A stretch of 64,000 nt of DNA from Centroscyllium fabricii (taxonomy: Eukaryota): NCBI GenBank assembly GCA_051313645.2, contig JBNRSN020000004.1:254882001-254946000 (forward strand), given 5' to 3'. Position 1 is the first letter of the stretch. Every line of letters starts with the position of its first letter. Positions 12,195 through 24,452 of the stretch are shown here, one piece after another. The position numbers and the translations under genes are program-made. Below the pieces are notes generated by a model. It saw nothing but the letters and a program-made list of their open reading frames with translations. It did not search any database and was not told the DNA's origin.

Positions 12195-12675
12195 CCAAAG
12201 CATATGGGATCTTGGGCTTCATAAATTATGTATTGAGTAAAAAAGTAGAGAAGTTATGCTGAACCTTTATAAAACACTGGTTAGGCCACAACTAGAGTAT
12301 TGTGTCCCGTTCTGGTCACCACACTTTAGGAAGGATGTGAAGGCCCTTGAGAGGGTGCAGAGGAGATTTACCAGAATGGTTCTGGGATGGGGGATCTTAG
12401 GTACAAGGTCAGGTTGGAGAAGCTGGATTTGTTTTCATTAGAGCAAAGATGGTTGAGGGGTGTTTTGATAGAGGTGTACAAGATTATGATGGGTTTGGAT
12501 AGGCTAGATGGGGAAAGGCTGTTCCCACTAGTAGATGGTTCAAGGACTAAGGGATGCAGTATTAAGATTTTGGGCAAGAGATACAGGGGGGGTGTGAGGA
12601 AAAACTTTTTTACACAGTGAGTGGTGAGGACCTGGAACTTGCTGCCAACGGGAGTGGTGGAAGCAGACAGACTCA
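12195..12675 (+). mobile_element. CR1 LINE ORF2 3' fragment
   Basis: LYKTLVRPQLEYC..FWSP, LERVQRRFTRM, RGVLIEVYKIM, NFFTQ motifs. Confidence 0.9.
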
Positions 12676-12677
12676 AT

Positions 12678-13420
12678 GGGCTAGAAATTTGTTGGCTTGT
12701 GCCTGCCGTTAGCGCCCTAAGAGGGCTTCTAATTGGGTGCAAGCCAGGCGTGGTGTCTCCTGCGATATTCAGTGGGGCGCTGATGTGGGCGGTAGCCGTT
12801 AGCGTACCACTGAATATTAGGCACTGTTCGCCACCGTGGATGAAATCATAAGAGCGTGCAGCGCCACTCTCATGCCTTTGAGCGAAATTGAGTCACGCCC
12901 GCTGAGTTTCCGGCGGCTGCTGCCCGTGACAGCTTCATCCTGCCATAACTACAGCGGGGGAGCGCTGCTTAAAGGAGAGGGTGCCGGGTGGCCATTTTTG
13001 TTGCTGGATGATTGCCAGCACCTTCCCCCTCTGCCGCCCCGGCCTCCCCCGCTGCCCCCCCTGTTGCCTCTGCTCACGGAGCCCGGCACTTCCCTCGAGT
13101 GCTGGGCTCCTTCGGTGGCATGGCATCCCACGGCGGCCCCGCGAGACTCTGGCCGAAACCGCACTAGGCCCCTCCCCTTTAATCAGGGGAGGAAGGCCTG
13201 CAGTACTGTGGCGTGGCACTCTGTGCTGCGTGGCGCTTCAGCCCACAGCGCCAGAACTTCGGTTGTAGCACCTAAAGAACGAGGTCAGGCGCTTGCAGTA
13301 GCGTCCGACCTTCTACTACGAGTGCGACAACCGAATACCAGCGGTAACGGCACCAGTGGTAGGCAGGCGCTAAAAGTAGCGCTGCGCCAAAGTTACCGCC
13401 AGAAAACGTGCACAACCAAA
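12678..13420. mobile_element. Harbinger-type MITE
   Basis: Terminal inverted repeats (TIRs) gggctagaaatttg / caaatttttccccc; GC-rich non-coding interior. Confidence 0.65.
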
Positions 13421-13421
13421 T

Positions 13422-13582
13422 TTTTCCCCCTGAGTCATTTTAGAATTCTTATTTACTGTGGCCCTGTTTGATTTACACCCTTGATTTCTCTGCCTTTCAC
13501 TTTTGCTTTTCTCCTTCCTGTCTTTTGATTCTATCTTTGCTTCCCTTTCCTCTGTCTCCTTGCACAGATTCCCAGCCCCCTG
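13422..13582 (-). mobile_element. Short CR1 fragment (region downstream of ORF1)
   Basis: Clearly similar to 10367-10520 (ttttagaattcttatttactgtggccc...). Confidence 0.7.
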
Positions 13583-14564
13583 GATTGGCCACATCTCAAT
13601 GGAGGTGGGACTGCAACCCCGAAAGTTATAGTCCCGCCTCCTACATAACTCCTGAATGAAAATCCAGTCCTATGACTCTTTTACTCCAAAATATTTTTTC
13701 CATCTGAAAAATGAACAGTAAAAGTGTTTCTTGAAAAAATGGAAAGCAAATACCGAATTAATTAATCATTTTCAGGGCAGCACATCACAGTCAAGGACCC
13801 ATTAACTATAAACAAAGGAAAGCATTCTCTAAGTACCTTTTACCTTATTTCAGCAAAAATTAAAATTTCAGCACCAAAAGTAAAACGTGTTCAAAAAATA
13901 AAAGCTGATCATCTAACTTTATCAGCAGGACTAGGGCTTGTACTTGTAGAGTGTTCAACACATTGAGACAGACTCAGGATTGTGTGTGTTCAGCCATTGC
14001 TCGAGGCCTTGTTTAATCACTCTCACTTCCTGTTAACCCTCTGTTGCCCCCTACTGGGCAGAGGGTAACTATCACTACATCTCCCTTTGAAAACTACTCC
14101 TTTACTGTTAACATTTTCAAATTATTACCTTTTTACAGTGCTTAAGAAATAACAAACTCTAACAAACATCATAGCAACTCTAACAAATATAACATCTCTA
14201 ATACATCTCTCTTTCCTTTAAAAAAAAAGAATAATACATGCAGAGTAAGCTTGGAGGGACAAGGCAACTGCCTGAACCCTCCAACAAGTACCTCGGGTAT
14301 TATTCTGACCCAATGAGGTGTCTTGGTTCTTAAGCTATTCATGTTTCAAAGTCCTGGAGGTATGAAGGAGGCTTGCGGACCCTTTAAGGGTATCGTCTGG
14401 AACCTGAAGGAGGTGGGGTTTCCCCTGTGGGTGGGGGAGTTCCAGGACACAAATCCTCATCGTCATCATCAGGAATGGAAGGCTCATCAGTGTCTGGGGG
14501 CTGCTGTGTAAGTGCGAGGTGCCTGCGGTTCCTACGAACAATCTGGGCCTGGATATCAACCAGA

Positions 14565-14640
14565 TATTCAATTCAATTCAATTCAATTCAAGTTTTATTG
14601 TCATTGCAGAGTACTAGTACAATACAACGAGATGAAGACT
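14565..14640 (-). mobile_element. Extreme 3' end of a LINE with (TTGAA)n tail, possibly Rex1/Babar-like, inserted in the integrase end
   Basis: Reverse complement matches 61838-61913: ttgtattgtactagtactctgcaatgacaataaaac plus ttgaa repeats. Confidence 0.7.
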
Positions 14641-17600
14641 CTTGGGGTGTTGGCCTGTCCTTGCACAATGCCTCTTTTGCGGGAGTCCTGTATCCACACA
14701 TAGTCACCTGGAAGGAGTGGACACAAGTGCTTAGCTCTGTGGCGCCTGTTAAAGTTGGCCGGTTGTCTTAGTTTAGATTGTTTATCCTTGTCTGTAAAAT
14801 TCTGGAGGTCGGACCAGCCTGGGGTCAGGAGTGATGGCATAGTTGGCACGGTTGTATGAAAATTCCTGCCTTGTAGCAACTCAGCAGGGCTGAATCCGCT
14901 AGAAAGAGGTGTGGAGCGGTATGCAAGGAGTGCCCGGTATGGGTCAGGTGACCTTTTATAAAGATGTTTGGCTGTCTGGACAGCGCGCTCGGCAGCCCCA
15001 TTGCTTTGAGGATATAGAGTGCTGGATGTGACATGGGTGAAGTCCCAGCTGTCGGCAAATGAGCGAAAGGTGACCGAGGCAAATTGGGGGCAGTTATCTT
15101 TTCGGACCAGCAGTGGGACCCCTAGGCGGGCAAAGCAGCATTTCATACACTCAACGACTGCATGTGAGGTGGTGGAGGAAAGTTTGATAATTTCAATGAA
15201 CTTGGAGAAGTAGTCAAACATTACCAGGTAAATTGAGTTGTCCAAATGAAATAGATCAGCCCCAACCTTCTGCCATGGGCCCTCAGGGGTGTCATCTGGA
15301 ATCAATGGCTCTGGTGGTTGTTGTCTCATTTGGGCACAGCTTGGGCACTGTTGTAGTTTACGTTGTAATTGACCACTTAATCCAGTCCACCAGACAGAAC
15401 ACCTGGCTCGTGCTCTGCATTTTGTGATCCCTTGATGGCCATCATGCAGTTTGTCCAGAATGTCTTTCTGCATTGATGCTGGAATGACCAACTGGCACCC
15501 TTGTAGCAGCAATCCTTGTGCAATAGTGAGGTCACCTGAAACAGCTGCGTAAGGTCTAAGAGCGTTGTCAAGTTTTGCATCATCTGGCTAGACCTCACGG
15601 CAGTATGTGAAGACCTGACGAAGTAGTTCATCCGTTTCCTGTGCGTGACAAAGTGCAGCCAGGCATTTCTCGGTAATAGGCAGTGCAGTGAGTATTGAGT
15701 GTACATAATTCTCTATGCACTGCACCTCAGAGGAATCATCCACCAGCGGCTGGTAGGTTGCTCTGGAGAGGACGTCAGCAGTTGCTAGGCTCTTCTCTGG
15801 CACATGTGATATGGTGAAGTGAAAGTGCATGAGTCGCATCCGAAAGCGCTGAATGCGGGGGGACAACTCGTCCAGGTTTTTAGATCCCAATAGTGTAAGG
15901 AGGGGCTTGTGATCTGTTTCGACCTGGAATGTCATGCCTATTAGGAAGTCTCTATAGCGCTCACACGCCCATGTAATGGCCAAGGCCTCTTTCTCAATCT
16001 GCGCATAGCACTGCTCTGTTTTTGAAAGGGCTCGTGAAGCATAGGCTACAGGGCGCCAGTCAGTGTCAGGTCTCTTTTGTAAAAGGACTGCAGCCAAATG
16101 ATGAGGCATCAACTGACACTTTAGTGAGTGTATGGGGTCATACAGTGCAAGGCCTGGCGGGGTGGTTAGCTCTGTCTTTATCTCAGTGAAAGCTTGGGAC
16201 TGCTGGGGTCCCCAATACCATGAGGTCTGCCTGTTGAGGAGATCCCGGAGTGGCTTGGTTTTATCGGCTAGATGGGGTATGTATTTGACCAAGTGATTGA
16301 CCAAGCCCATGAAGCAGCGTATTTCAGATACATTCCTTGGCGCGGCAATGTGTGTGAGGGCCTTGACTTTGTCAGGATCTGCTCTGACACCGGTCCCGTC
16401 GATGACCTGGCTGAGAAATTTCACCTGTGTTTTGGCAAATTCACATTTGGAGTTGGGAGTAAGTCCAGCTTGCTGTAGTCTACTGAGAATTGCAAACAGT
16501 CGCTGATCGTGCTGTTCTTGGTTTGCGCCAAACACCAACAAATCATCCATTTGGCATAAGACACCATCAAGTCCCTCAAGGAGGCAGGACATGCGGCGCT
16601 GGAAATGCTCAGGGGCGGAGGATATTCCAAAGGGCAGTCTGTGGAAACAGTAACGTCCAAATGGCGTGATGAATGTGGTAAAACGTTTTGACTCCTCTGT
16701 CAAGGGTATTTGCCAGAAACCAGATTGAGCGTCAAGCTTTGTAAAAACCTTTGCATCTTTCAGCTGCCCCAGAGTGTGCTCTACACAGGGTAAGAGATGC
16801 AGCTCTCTACAGACACATTCATTGAGTTTTGTTAGATAAACACAGATTCTGATTTTTCCGTTGGGTTTTGGGACTACGACCATTCCGGAACACCAGGCTG
16901 TGGTTTCCTCAACTCTTGCAATTATCCCCAGTTGCTCCATGTGGGTTAGTTCCTCCTTAACTTTGGTCATAAGGGGGAGCGAGACACGTCAGTGTGTAGA
17001 GAGAGCAAAGGGTTTGACCTTCGGCTTGAGGCGAATGTGATACTCCTCTTGCAGTCGCCCAATGTCTTGAAACAGTCTGGGGAACCGCTGTCTGACCTCC
17101 TGTTCGAGATCCGTAGATACTATCTCTGCTACTTGTGGGTCCGACCTGGACACCAGACGCAGGGAACTGATGGCGGGGTGACCGAGGAGCGCTGTCCGTA
17201 GACCACGTACCACATACACAACCTGCTTTGTAGACCGTGGACCACGGGTCAGGGTAGCTGAAAATTAGCCTCATTGTTGTCGTCCTCTGATATTTCAGCA
17301 AACGCAGGTGTGGATCGGCAAACTGCAGCAAAATGCCCCTTTTTCTGGCAATTCCTGCAGCTAACATCTTTGGCTGGACAGATTTGTCTATTGTGTGTCC
17401 GGCTACATTATCTGCAACTCCACTTTTGTGCTTGGAAATTTGTTCCATTTTGAGTTCCAGTGCGAGTCCTCTGTACATATTCACGTGAGTCAGTCTGTCT
17501 TGATTTGGTTGAAAAATGTTTTTGGGGACCTGCTTGTCGGGTGGCACTTATGGTTTCAATGGACTCCCTCTCCTCATTACTACCTTTCTGAACCATTAAT

Positions 17601-18135
17601 TGCTATTTCTTTATTGTTTCACTTTGGAAAACCTGTGTTTTTGCTTTGTCAACTGTGAGGTATGGATCCATCTGTAATTTTCCAGAGAGTTTAAGATCCC
17701 TTAGTCCAACAACCAATCTGTCACGAATTAGTTCATCCCGCATATCTCCATATTCACAGTGTTCAATGAGCTCATATAGCGCTTTGATGAAGCTGTCACA
17801 CGATTCCCCTCTCTCCTGCACGCGCCTATGGAATCTTGCGCGTTCGAACATCAAATTCCTCCACGGGATAAAATGATTAGACAACTCCGTTTTAACTGTG
17901 TCATAGCTTTTCAGTTGATCAGCCGTAATATCCTGCACTGGACGATCGCTTCAGCCTCTGCTCCCATGGAATATAATAGGGTCTTAACCTGTTTTTCCTG
18001 TGCCTGTTTATCAAGGCCCAAAGCCTGGCTGAAACGTTCAAATCTGCTGATCCACAACGGCCACTCTTCCGGCCGCGTAAAATCAAACTCGGAGGGGGGA
18101 GAAATCTGAAAGAATGCAGGACTTTGAGTGGCCAT
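14640..18135 (-). pseudogene. Frameshifted gag-pol (gag, zinc knuckle, RT, RNase H, integrase); protease core deleted
   Basis: Gag W..W..RFERF, RFHRRVQERGES, IRDRLVVG; RT LPFGISSAPEHFQ, QMDD; RNase H YAQIEKEAL, ETDHKPL; integrase HDGHQG..C..C, SNGAAER. Confidence 0.9.
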
Positions 18136-19269
18136 GATTGTAAGCTAAGCACCATGGGGTAAATACACTTTTTCTTTCTCTCTCTCAGTCTCTTCTGCTT
18201 TTCTCAGTTGTGGCTTAAACAGCTATCGTAAAATTTCACTCACCGGGAGCTGACTGGTTTCACTGCGGAATTCAGTTCTATTGTGGTTTCAGATCGCAAT
18301 TCTGACACCATGAAGAGTGTTCAACACATTGAGACAGACTCAGGATTGTGTGTGTTCAACCATTGCTCGAGGCCTTGTTTAATCTCTCTCACTTCCTGTT
18401 AACCCTCTGTTGCCCCCTACTGGGCAGAGGGTAACTATCACTAAAGTACTGAGCAAACAAATGATGTAGTAGTCAGGGCTTGAGGACCAACATGGGGCTG
18501 AGTCACATGTGAAGAATAAACCCTGAGTCCTCAGACTAAATAAAAGAAAATAGGTTCAAAATAGCATTACACACAGGTGTGGCAGTCGTGTGTGATGGAA
18601 ATAATAAGGTAGAAATAGGTGTAATAGGAAATTACAGAGAATGTACACATACACAAGACTTTTAATATAATACAGATAGATATATATGTGTTAAGGTGTC
18701 ATTTTATTCAGTTTTTGGTCAGTGTTTATGTCAACAGTAGCTGTCAGATGTAACATGCTGTTCATTCATAAGGATCTAATTCCCTCTGTGTGTGACTTTA
18801 CCACACTTATTAATGCATTTGTGTTGACTTCCTACCTCTGCCAATTTTACAAAAAAGTTGTTACCGCTCTTATTTTCCATAGATTATCCCTTGTGACATT
18901 GCTGACATGTGACAGCTGTGAATGGGGAACAAGGACTCAGGGAGATTGCATCTGGGTTGAGAGTTAAGCTTGAGCAAATGCTGGTATGTGGACTGGAAAC
19001 AGAGCTACATGGGTTTATCTCCTATGTTAAGCTTGTTAGGCCAGAAATTGAACCAGAGTAGTTTGGGTGGGCCCGCAGAAAACTGACTTACCATTTTTAA
19101 TAATATAAGATCGAACAGCCCACTGCAGAGCTGGGGCATTGAGGCTCTACAGGCCGAAGCTCTGATAGTGGGAGGCAACCTCCAGCTAAAAAATACAACT
19201 CCATTAAGAGAAGAGCAATGATGCTGGTCACAGTGCCAGAGGAAAGATCCTTGAGGAATGACTTGTTAA

Positions 19270-19555
19270 GCTATGGCTCCAGCCTGATAAAGCTAAATTT
19301 CAGGGGAGTACTTACAGAGATACTCAGAAAAATAAAGTACTGGCAACTGGAAACTATAGGTAGATATTTTGGGGTAACATAGCAAGGCTTGTTGTGAAGG
19401 GCAAATTTAGAACAGATGTCAGGAAGAATTTCTTTATAGAAAGGGTGATCAACAGCTGGGACAGGTTGTCAGGAAGGATGGTAGACTTACTTAAGGAATA
19501 GCTGGATGTTGTGGTGGGAAGATGGCATTCTGGAAGGATGCGATCAAATGGGATG
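19270..19555 (+). mobile_element. Old CR1 3' fragment
   Basis: Degenerate gcaaatttagaacagatgtcaggaagaatttcttt...agggtgatcaacagctgg, typical of CR1 ORF2 ends. Confidence 0.55.
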
Positions 19556-19680
19556 AAGAATCATAGAAACATACAGTACAGATAGAGGCCATTTCGGCCC
19601 ATCGAGCCTGCACCGGCACATATCCCACCCTACGTAGAGTCATCCAGGCTAGAGACATCTTTGTCTTGGAAGGAAATTCC

Positions 19681-19983
19681 TTTTTTTTAAATCATTCTGT
19701 GTGTTTTCGCACAGACAGAGGACTGCAGCATTTGACCCTTTGTGACTGTGCCTCATTGATCTCAGACTGATACGTTAAAATATGTTAATTCACCTTTGTC
19801 TGCTTTGTTTGGCTCTTTGCTAAGGTGAGATGTGGGTGAGATCAGATTTCTCTCTCCCTTGCATATGTGCGGTCTTTGGATCAACTTCTCTTCCACCTGA
19901 CGAAGGAGCAGCGCTCCGAAAGCTTGTGATTTAAAATAAAACTGTTGGACTATAACCTGGTGTTGTGTGACTTCTTGCATTTG
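19681..19983 (+). mobile_element. Single Penelope pseudo-LTR arm
   Basis: Homologous to 9557-9849 (cattctgtg...aaataaaactgttggactataacctggtgttgtgtgacttct). Confidence 0.8.
19894..19928 (+). ncRNA. Minimal hammerhead ribozyme motif, second intact core
   Basis: CAC-CUGACGA-A-GGAGC-AGC-GCUCC-GAAA-GCUU-GUG. Confidence 0.65.
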
Positions 19984-20074
19984 CCCACACAGAGAGTCAC
20001 CCGAGGCCAGATTTGAACCCGAGCCCCTGGCGCTGTGAGGCAACAGTGCTAATCACTATGCCACTGTGCCGCCT

Positions 20075-20785
20075 TCTGGGTTTAACTTGGTTGCATTCAG
20101 CTGGTTGTCATGCATTCCCTCCGGAGAGGTGGGTTATCAATTCAAATATGTTACTCACTCCATTGTAGTGATATTTTTAACCTACATTCAAATTTAATGG
20201 CGCATTCATGGGCTTCTCGAACTACCTGAAACTCACCATTGAAACTAAAGCGAGAACACAATGGTAAATCATGGGGCTCATTAAAAGACCATCAAATACT
20301 ACAATAAATACTCTGTGCCCACAGCTGCTTTCTTACTGACCACTGGGAAAATGTTTGTTCAGAGTACTTGTGGTGAGAGTTTAGTTTCTACACTTTGGTC
20401 ATTTTGAGACGCAGATCAAGATGGGTGGTGTCTTGGCTGCCTTTCATTGGACCTTGGACAAGGATCAAGATGACCTTCAGGAGCAGCAGCAGGAGTAGTT
20501 AGCTATGGAGAAACCTAGAGGTGGTAAGTAGAGATGGGAGCAGCAGAGAGGGAAGCAGCAGAGAGGGAAGCAGAGTGATTGAGCTCACAGCAGGCATGAC
20601 CCACATAACAGGGGGCCTGTCAATCAGGTTGGCTGTCAGGTGGGAAACCTGGAGAAGAAAATTTAAAAGACGCCCTAAAGTTTTTAACTGTAGGATGTTC
20701 GTGAAACTCGTACTTCCGGGTTTCCTGACCATAAATCCATCCCCCCCATTGCGAATGCTCGGCCCCATAAATATCAGGGCCAAAA
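20075..20785 (+). mobile_element. Internally deleted Harbinger derivative
   Basis: Similar to ~62670-63150 (tgaaactcaccattgaaa...catggggctcattaaaag...atcaagatggg); ends in aaatatcagggcc. Confidence 0.6.
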
Positions 20786-23239
20786 TACTCCAAAATACAA
20801 TTATGGTGAACTCAGCTTGTCATTCTTTTAACCCAAACTCAATCTTAGCAAGACAATAAAGTGCAAATCCCTTATTTAAATAAATCACACTTAAAATTTG
20901 TCTGCTGGATCCAGCCTGGACATCGAACACAAATTTGTAAAATAAAAATTTATAATCCCTACTAGTTTCTATTAAAATTTAAATCTCTTATTGTTATTAA
21001 GTCACATTTTTTAAACATTTTATATATTTACCCTCTCTGGGACAACTTTAAACGCCTCTTTACTCTTTACTCTGCTGTGTTATCATCAGGAACTGGAAGA
21101 AGAAAATTGTGTATATATCCAGCCAGCAATTAATAAATGTGAAAGATTGAATCAGATGCGTCTGCTGGCCCCCAACTAAAAATTTTGTAAATTACTTATA
21201 AATCAGAAATTCTTGATGGCAATGGTCCCTGAATATTATGTGCTGACATTTATCAGTGCCAGTGTAGCTTATTTTTTCCACTAATATCATGAAATTACTG
21301 AAGAGCTTTTAATGCATCAGAGTTCTATGTGCTGTGAAGTTATAATCCAGTCCTTTGACTAAATTTTGTAAATTATTTTAAAAGTCCAAGATGAACCAAT
21401 TTGTCGTATGTAGATTTATTCAGAGTGCCAACCGACTCTACAAATATAAACAAAATAGTTATCTAAATATTTACCATCCCAAAGATATTTTCGTCATAGC
21501 TAATGGAAGATGCTGTACAGGTAACACCAATATAAAAGTTGAACCAAAAGCCTTTGCACCATGTGGCTAATTGGCAAAAAAAGATTGTTTACAGATTACC
21601 GGTAATCACAGCCTGGATGAAGGTTACTTAAAGCATGAAAAATGTTACACTAGGCTTATAAATAAGCATTCCAGAAGCACTGTTTCTTGCTAATTCATCA
21701 TCGTTTATACTTTCAGTTGCGTTAAAGATGTTTCTTTGTATCTATTCTTTATTCAGCCATCACAAAAGAGTACTGCAAGCATTTATATTACATAATTGCA
21801 TGTTCGAAACTCTATTAACATGCTGCCAGCATCTGCGAAAATTCAGCAGGCAACATAACCTGTGCTGGTGTAATAAATGTTGTGTTGCTGACAGGAGCTT
21901 CTATTTAAAATAGGTGCAATTTGGGGTGATTTGACCCAGTTAGTAGGTAAGTGACCGAATAATTATTCACAATCACAAATAATTGAATTTGTGACAAAAG
22001 GCTCTTGAATTGTGCCATTGGCATGTGTTAGCTCAATTTCAGCTGAAAGAGTCTGGACAGTGAAGGTATCTGTAGTCACACTATAGTTTTCACTGTCTGC
22101 AAAATTTTTAATAGTGTCCTGACAGATAATACAGAGTTATTGTTCATGTCTTGGGATTGGTCTGCGATGACATCACACTGTGTGATTGAGGATAAGAAAG
22201 GTCACTCACCATTACAGTGAGTTTCTGTTTGTGTATGACCAAAGAAAGCGGCTTTGTTTGAGAAATTGTATAAAGCTCGCTATGATTTTTAGGCACAAAG
22301 GCAGCACAATTCTGTTTTATGAGTATAGATTTATTGGATTTATACCTAGAATAGTCTTATGTATTATTTTATGTTGCACAAAGGCACCTCACTTGCAAGA
22401 GCCTCTTTCAAGTAATACATTTAATTTTTATTATAAAGTGCCAAATCTCATGTCTTGTAATTATTACCTACACCACAGTATGTTGCAGTTTATTCAAATG
22501 CTTCTAGCTATGATTATTCATCGAACTTCAATGAACAATTATTTAACAATTATCAAACAGTAAACTGTGTAAATATAGTTGTTGATCTCAGTCTGAAGAA
22601 TGGGCTGAAAGGGTACAAATCTGGCCTCAAAACCCCAAGTTAAAATTTCTACATTAGAGAATTTCAGGTGAGATCAATACTATCAAGGGAGCTGTATTTT
22701 ATATTTGCATTATTCTCTACTGTTCTCACTGCATTGGCTCCAAAAGACCTATGATGTAATTGCAACCATTTTCTGTTCAAACACCAGCACCCTTACTCAT
22801 CTGGGCACAAAAGCTCTCTATAATTGTAAATGACCTTCCATCTTATCCAAAAGTTGAATGAGGGTGGAGTATCCTCCAGCTAATAATGCTCCCCTTGTTA
22901 TTCATTATTACTATTATGTAATACCTCAGGGATCACCAAAATCTAGCTACAATCACATTTTCTTCACTGACATGAATGTATGTTTTCAGCACATTATGAT
23001 AATCATAGTTGGATCTCGAGATGGAAGGCCAGCTCTTGCAAAACTCTCATTTACCCTTGATTAAAACATTCCAAAGTCACCTCTTTAATCTTGAATTTTA
23101 ATCCTGATTCAGTTCTGTCTCCTGTACTTTATCCCTTTTTGGATACCTTGTGACAAACTAGTATTTATACAGACTGGCTATAAAAATAACAGATGAGGTC
23201 GGTCATTTAGTTCATTTAACTCATGCTTCCATAACACAG

Positions 23240-23533
23240 AACATAGACATAGAAACTAGGAGCAGGAGTAGGCCATTCGGCCCTTCGAGCCTGCTCCGCC
23301 ATTCAATGAGATCATGGCTGATCATCCAAACCCAGCACCCCACCCCTGCCCTCTCCCCAAATCCCTTGATCCCTATCGAGCCTGCATCGACACATATCCC
23401 ACCCTATCCCCGTATATTCAATCCCCCTAACACTAAGGGTCAATTTATCATGGCCAACCAACCTAACCCGCACATCTTTGGACTGTGGGAGGAAACCGGA
23501 GCACCCGGAGGAAGCCCACGCAGACACGGGGAG
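23240..23533 (-). mobile_element. 5'-truncated HE1/V-SINE
   Basis: V-domain (gtgctccggtttcctcccacagtccaaagatgtg) and CR1-derived tail, reverse complement of 52015-52312. Confidence 0.9.
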
Positions 23534-23547
23534 TTTTAGAAACCTAT

Positions 23548-24292
23548 AGGCCCAGAAATTTGTGTCCCAACGTGTGAATACGGACAGCGTACTCACCCGT
23601 AGGCCTAACGAAAGTGCCGGTTTCGTGCATGCACTGCACATGCGTGAGAAACCGGCACATCCGTTTCCCTGAACGAAGGGATTAAGAGGTAGAGCACATG
23701 CGCGGGAGCAGCAGCGCTTGCACATTGCATTACGTTTTTTTTACAGGTTTTTCCATGCGGCTAAGTCTGCAGATTTTACACATGTAAAAAGCAGGCATAA
23801 GGCCTGCTTTTAACAAGGTAAGTGGTGAATTAATTAAAATTTAAACATTTTTTCCACAGGTTTATTATTTTTAAATACTTTAAAGAAAGGTAAGTTTATT
23901 TTTAGCCCCTTTAGAAAATGTAATTAATTTTTTCAAAAACGTAAATTATTGTTTAAAATAGTTATTTTATGTAATTTATAGTTATTTTAAAAATGTGATG
24001 TTTTTTAAAATTTATTTGAAGTTTTAGTGATGTTTTGGGACTTGTAGTATTCATAGTTTTGACAGCACTTCCTGTCAAACTTATGAATGGGCAATTTTCT
24101 GCTCCCATTGGCTCTCCATGGCCCATGTGATCCCAGGGGACGCATTGAACTAACTGGGATACGCAAGCACTGTGCGCCGGCAGTCGGAGGAGGCCCAAGA
24201 TTGCAATTCCACGCGGGCCCACAGCTCAACAACTAGCGTGCAGGTTGTAGGCTTGCGCCCGCGGGAAGCCTTCAATCTAAATTTCAGGGCCA
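23548..24292. mobile_element. Harbinger-type MITE
   Basis: TIRs ggcccagaaattt / aaatttcagggcc; same architecture as 35453-36206. Confidence 0.7.
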
Positions 24293-24452
24293 TTGCCTCC
24301 CCATCACATCATCTAACTGAGTCCAAAGCTTTTAATTCCACTGTCCTACCACTAACCCGGAAACCAATTCCAGGTATTGATCATTTTTGTGCGAATAATT
24401 GCATTTTGACACCAGTCCTGAGCTTGTCTTTAGTGCTATACATAGAATCATA

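Larger units (their letters stand above)
13945..18445 (-). mobile_element. Decayed Ty3/Gypsy LTR retrotransposon (Mag-like)
   Basis: 135-bp LTRs 13945-14079 and 18311-18445; 5-bp TSD gtact; PBS TGGTGTCAGA (tRNA-Leu type) at 18301-18310; polypurine tract next to 14080. Confidence 0.93.
19556..20073 (-). mobile_element. HE1/V-SINE split or internally replaced by a Penelope fragment
   Basis: tRNA-like head at ~19984-20073 and CR1-type tail at ~19556-19632, both similar to the 51912 SINE. Confidence 0.65.

Noticed and set aside
12836-13471. 211-aa Pro-rich ORF
   Set aside because: Lies within a GC-rich MITE; no transposase or other motif
22186-22563. 125-aa ORF as a host exon
   Set aside because: Non-ATG start, AT-rich composition, no recognisable domain or convincing splice context
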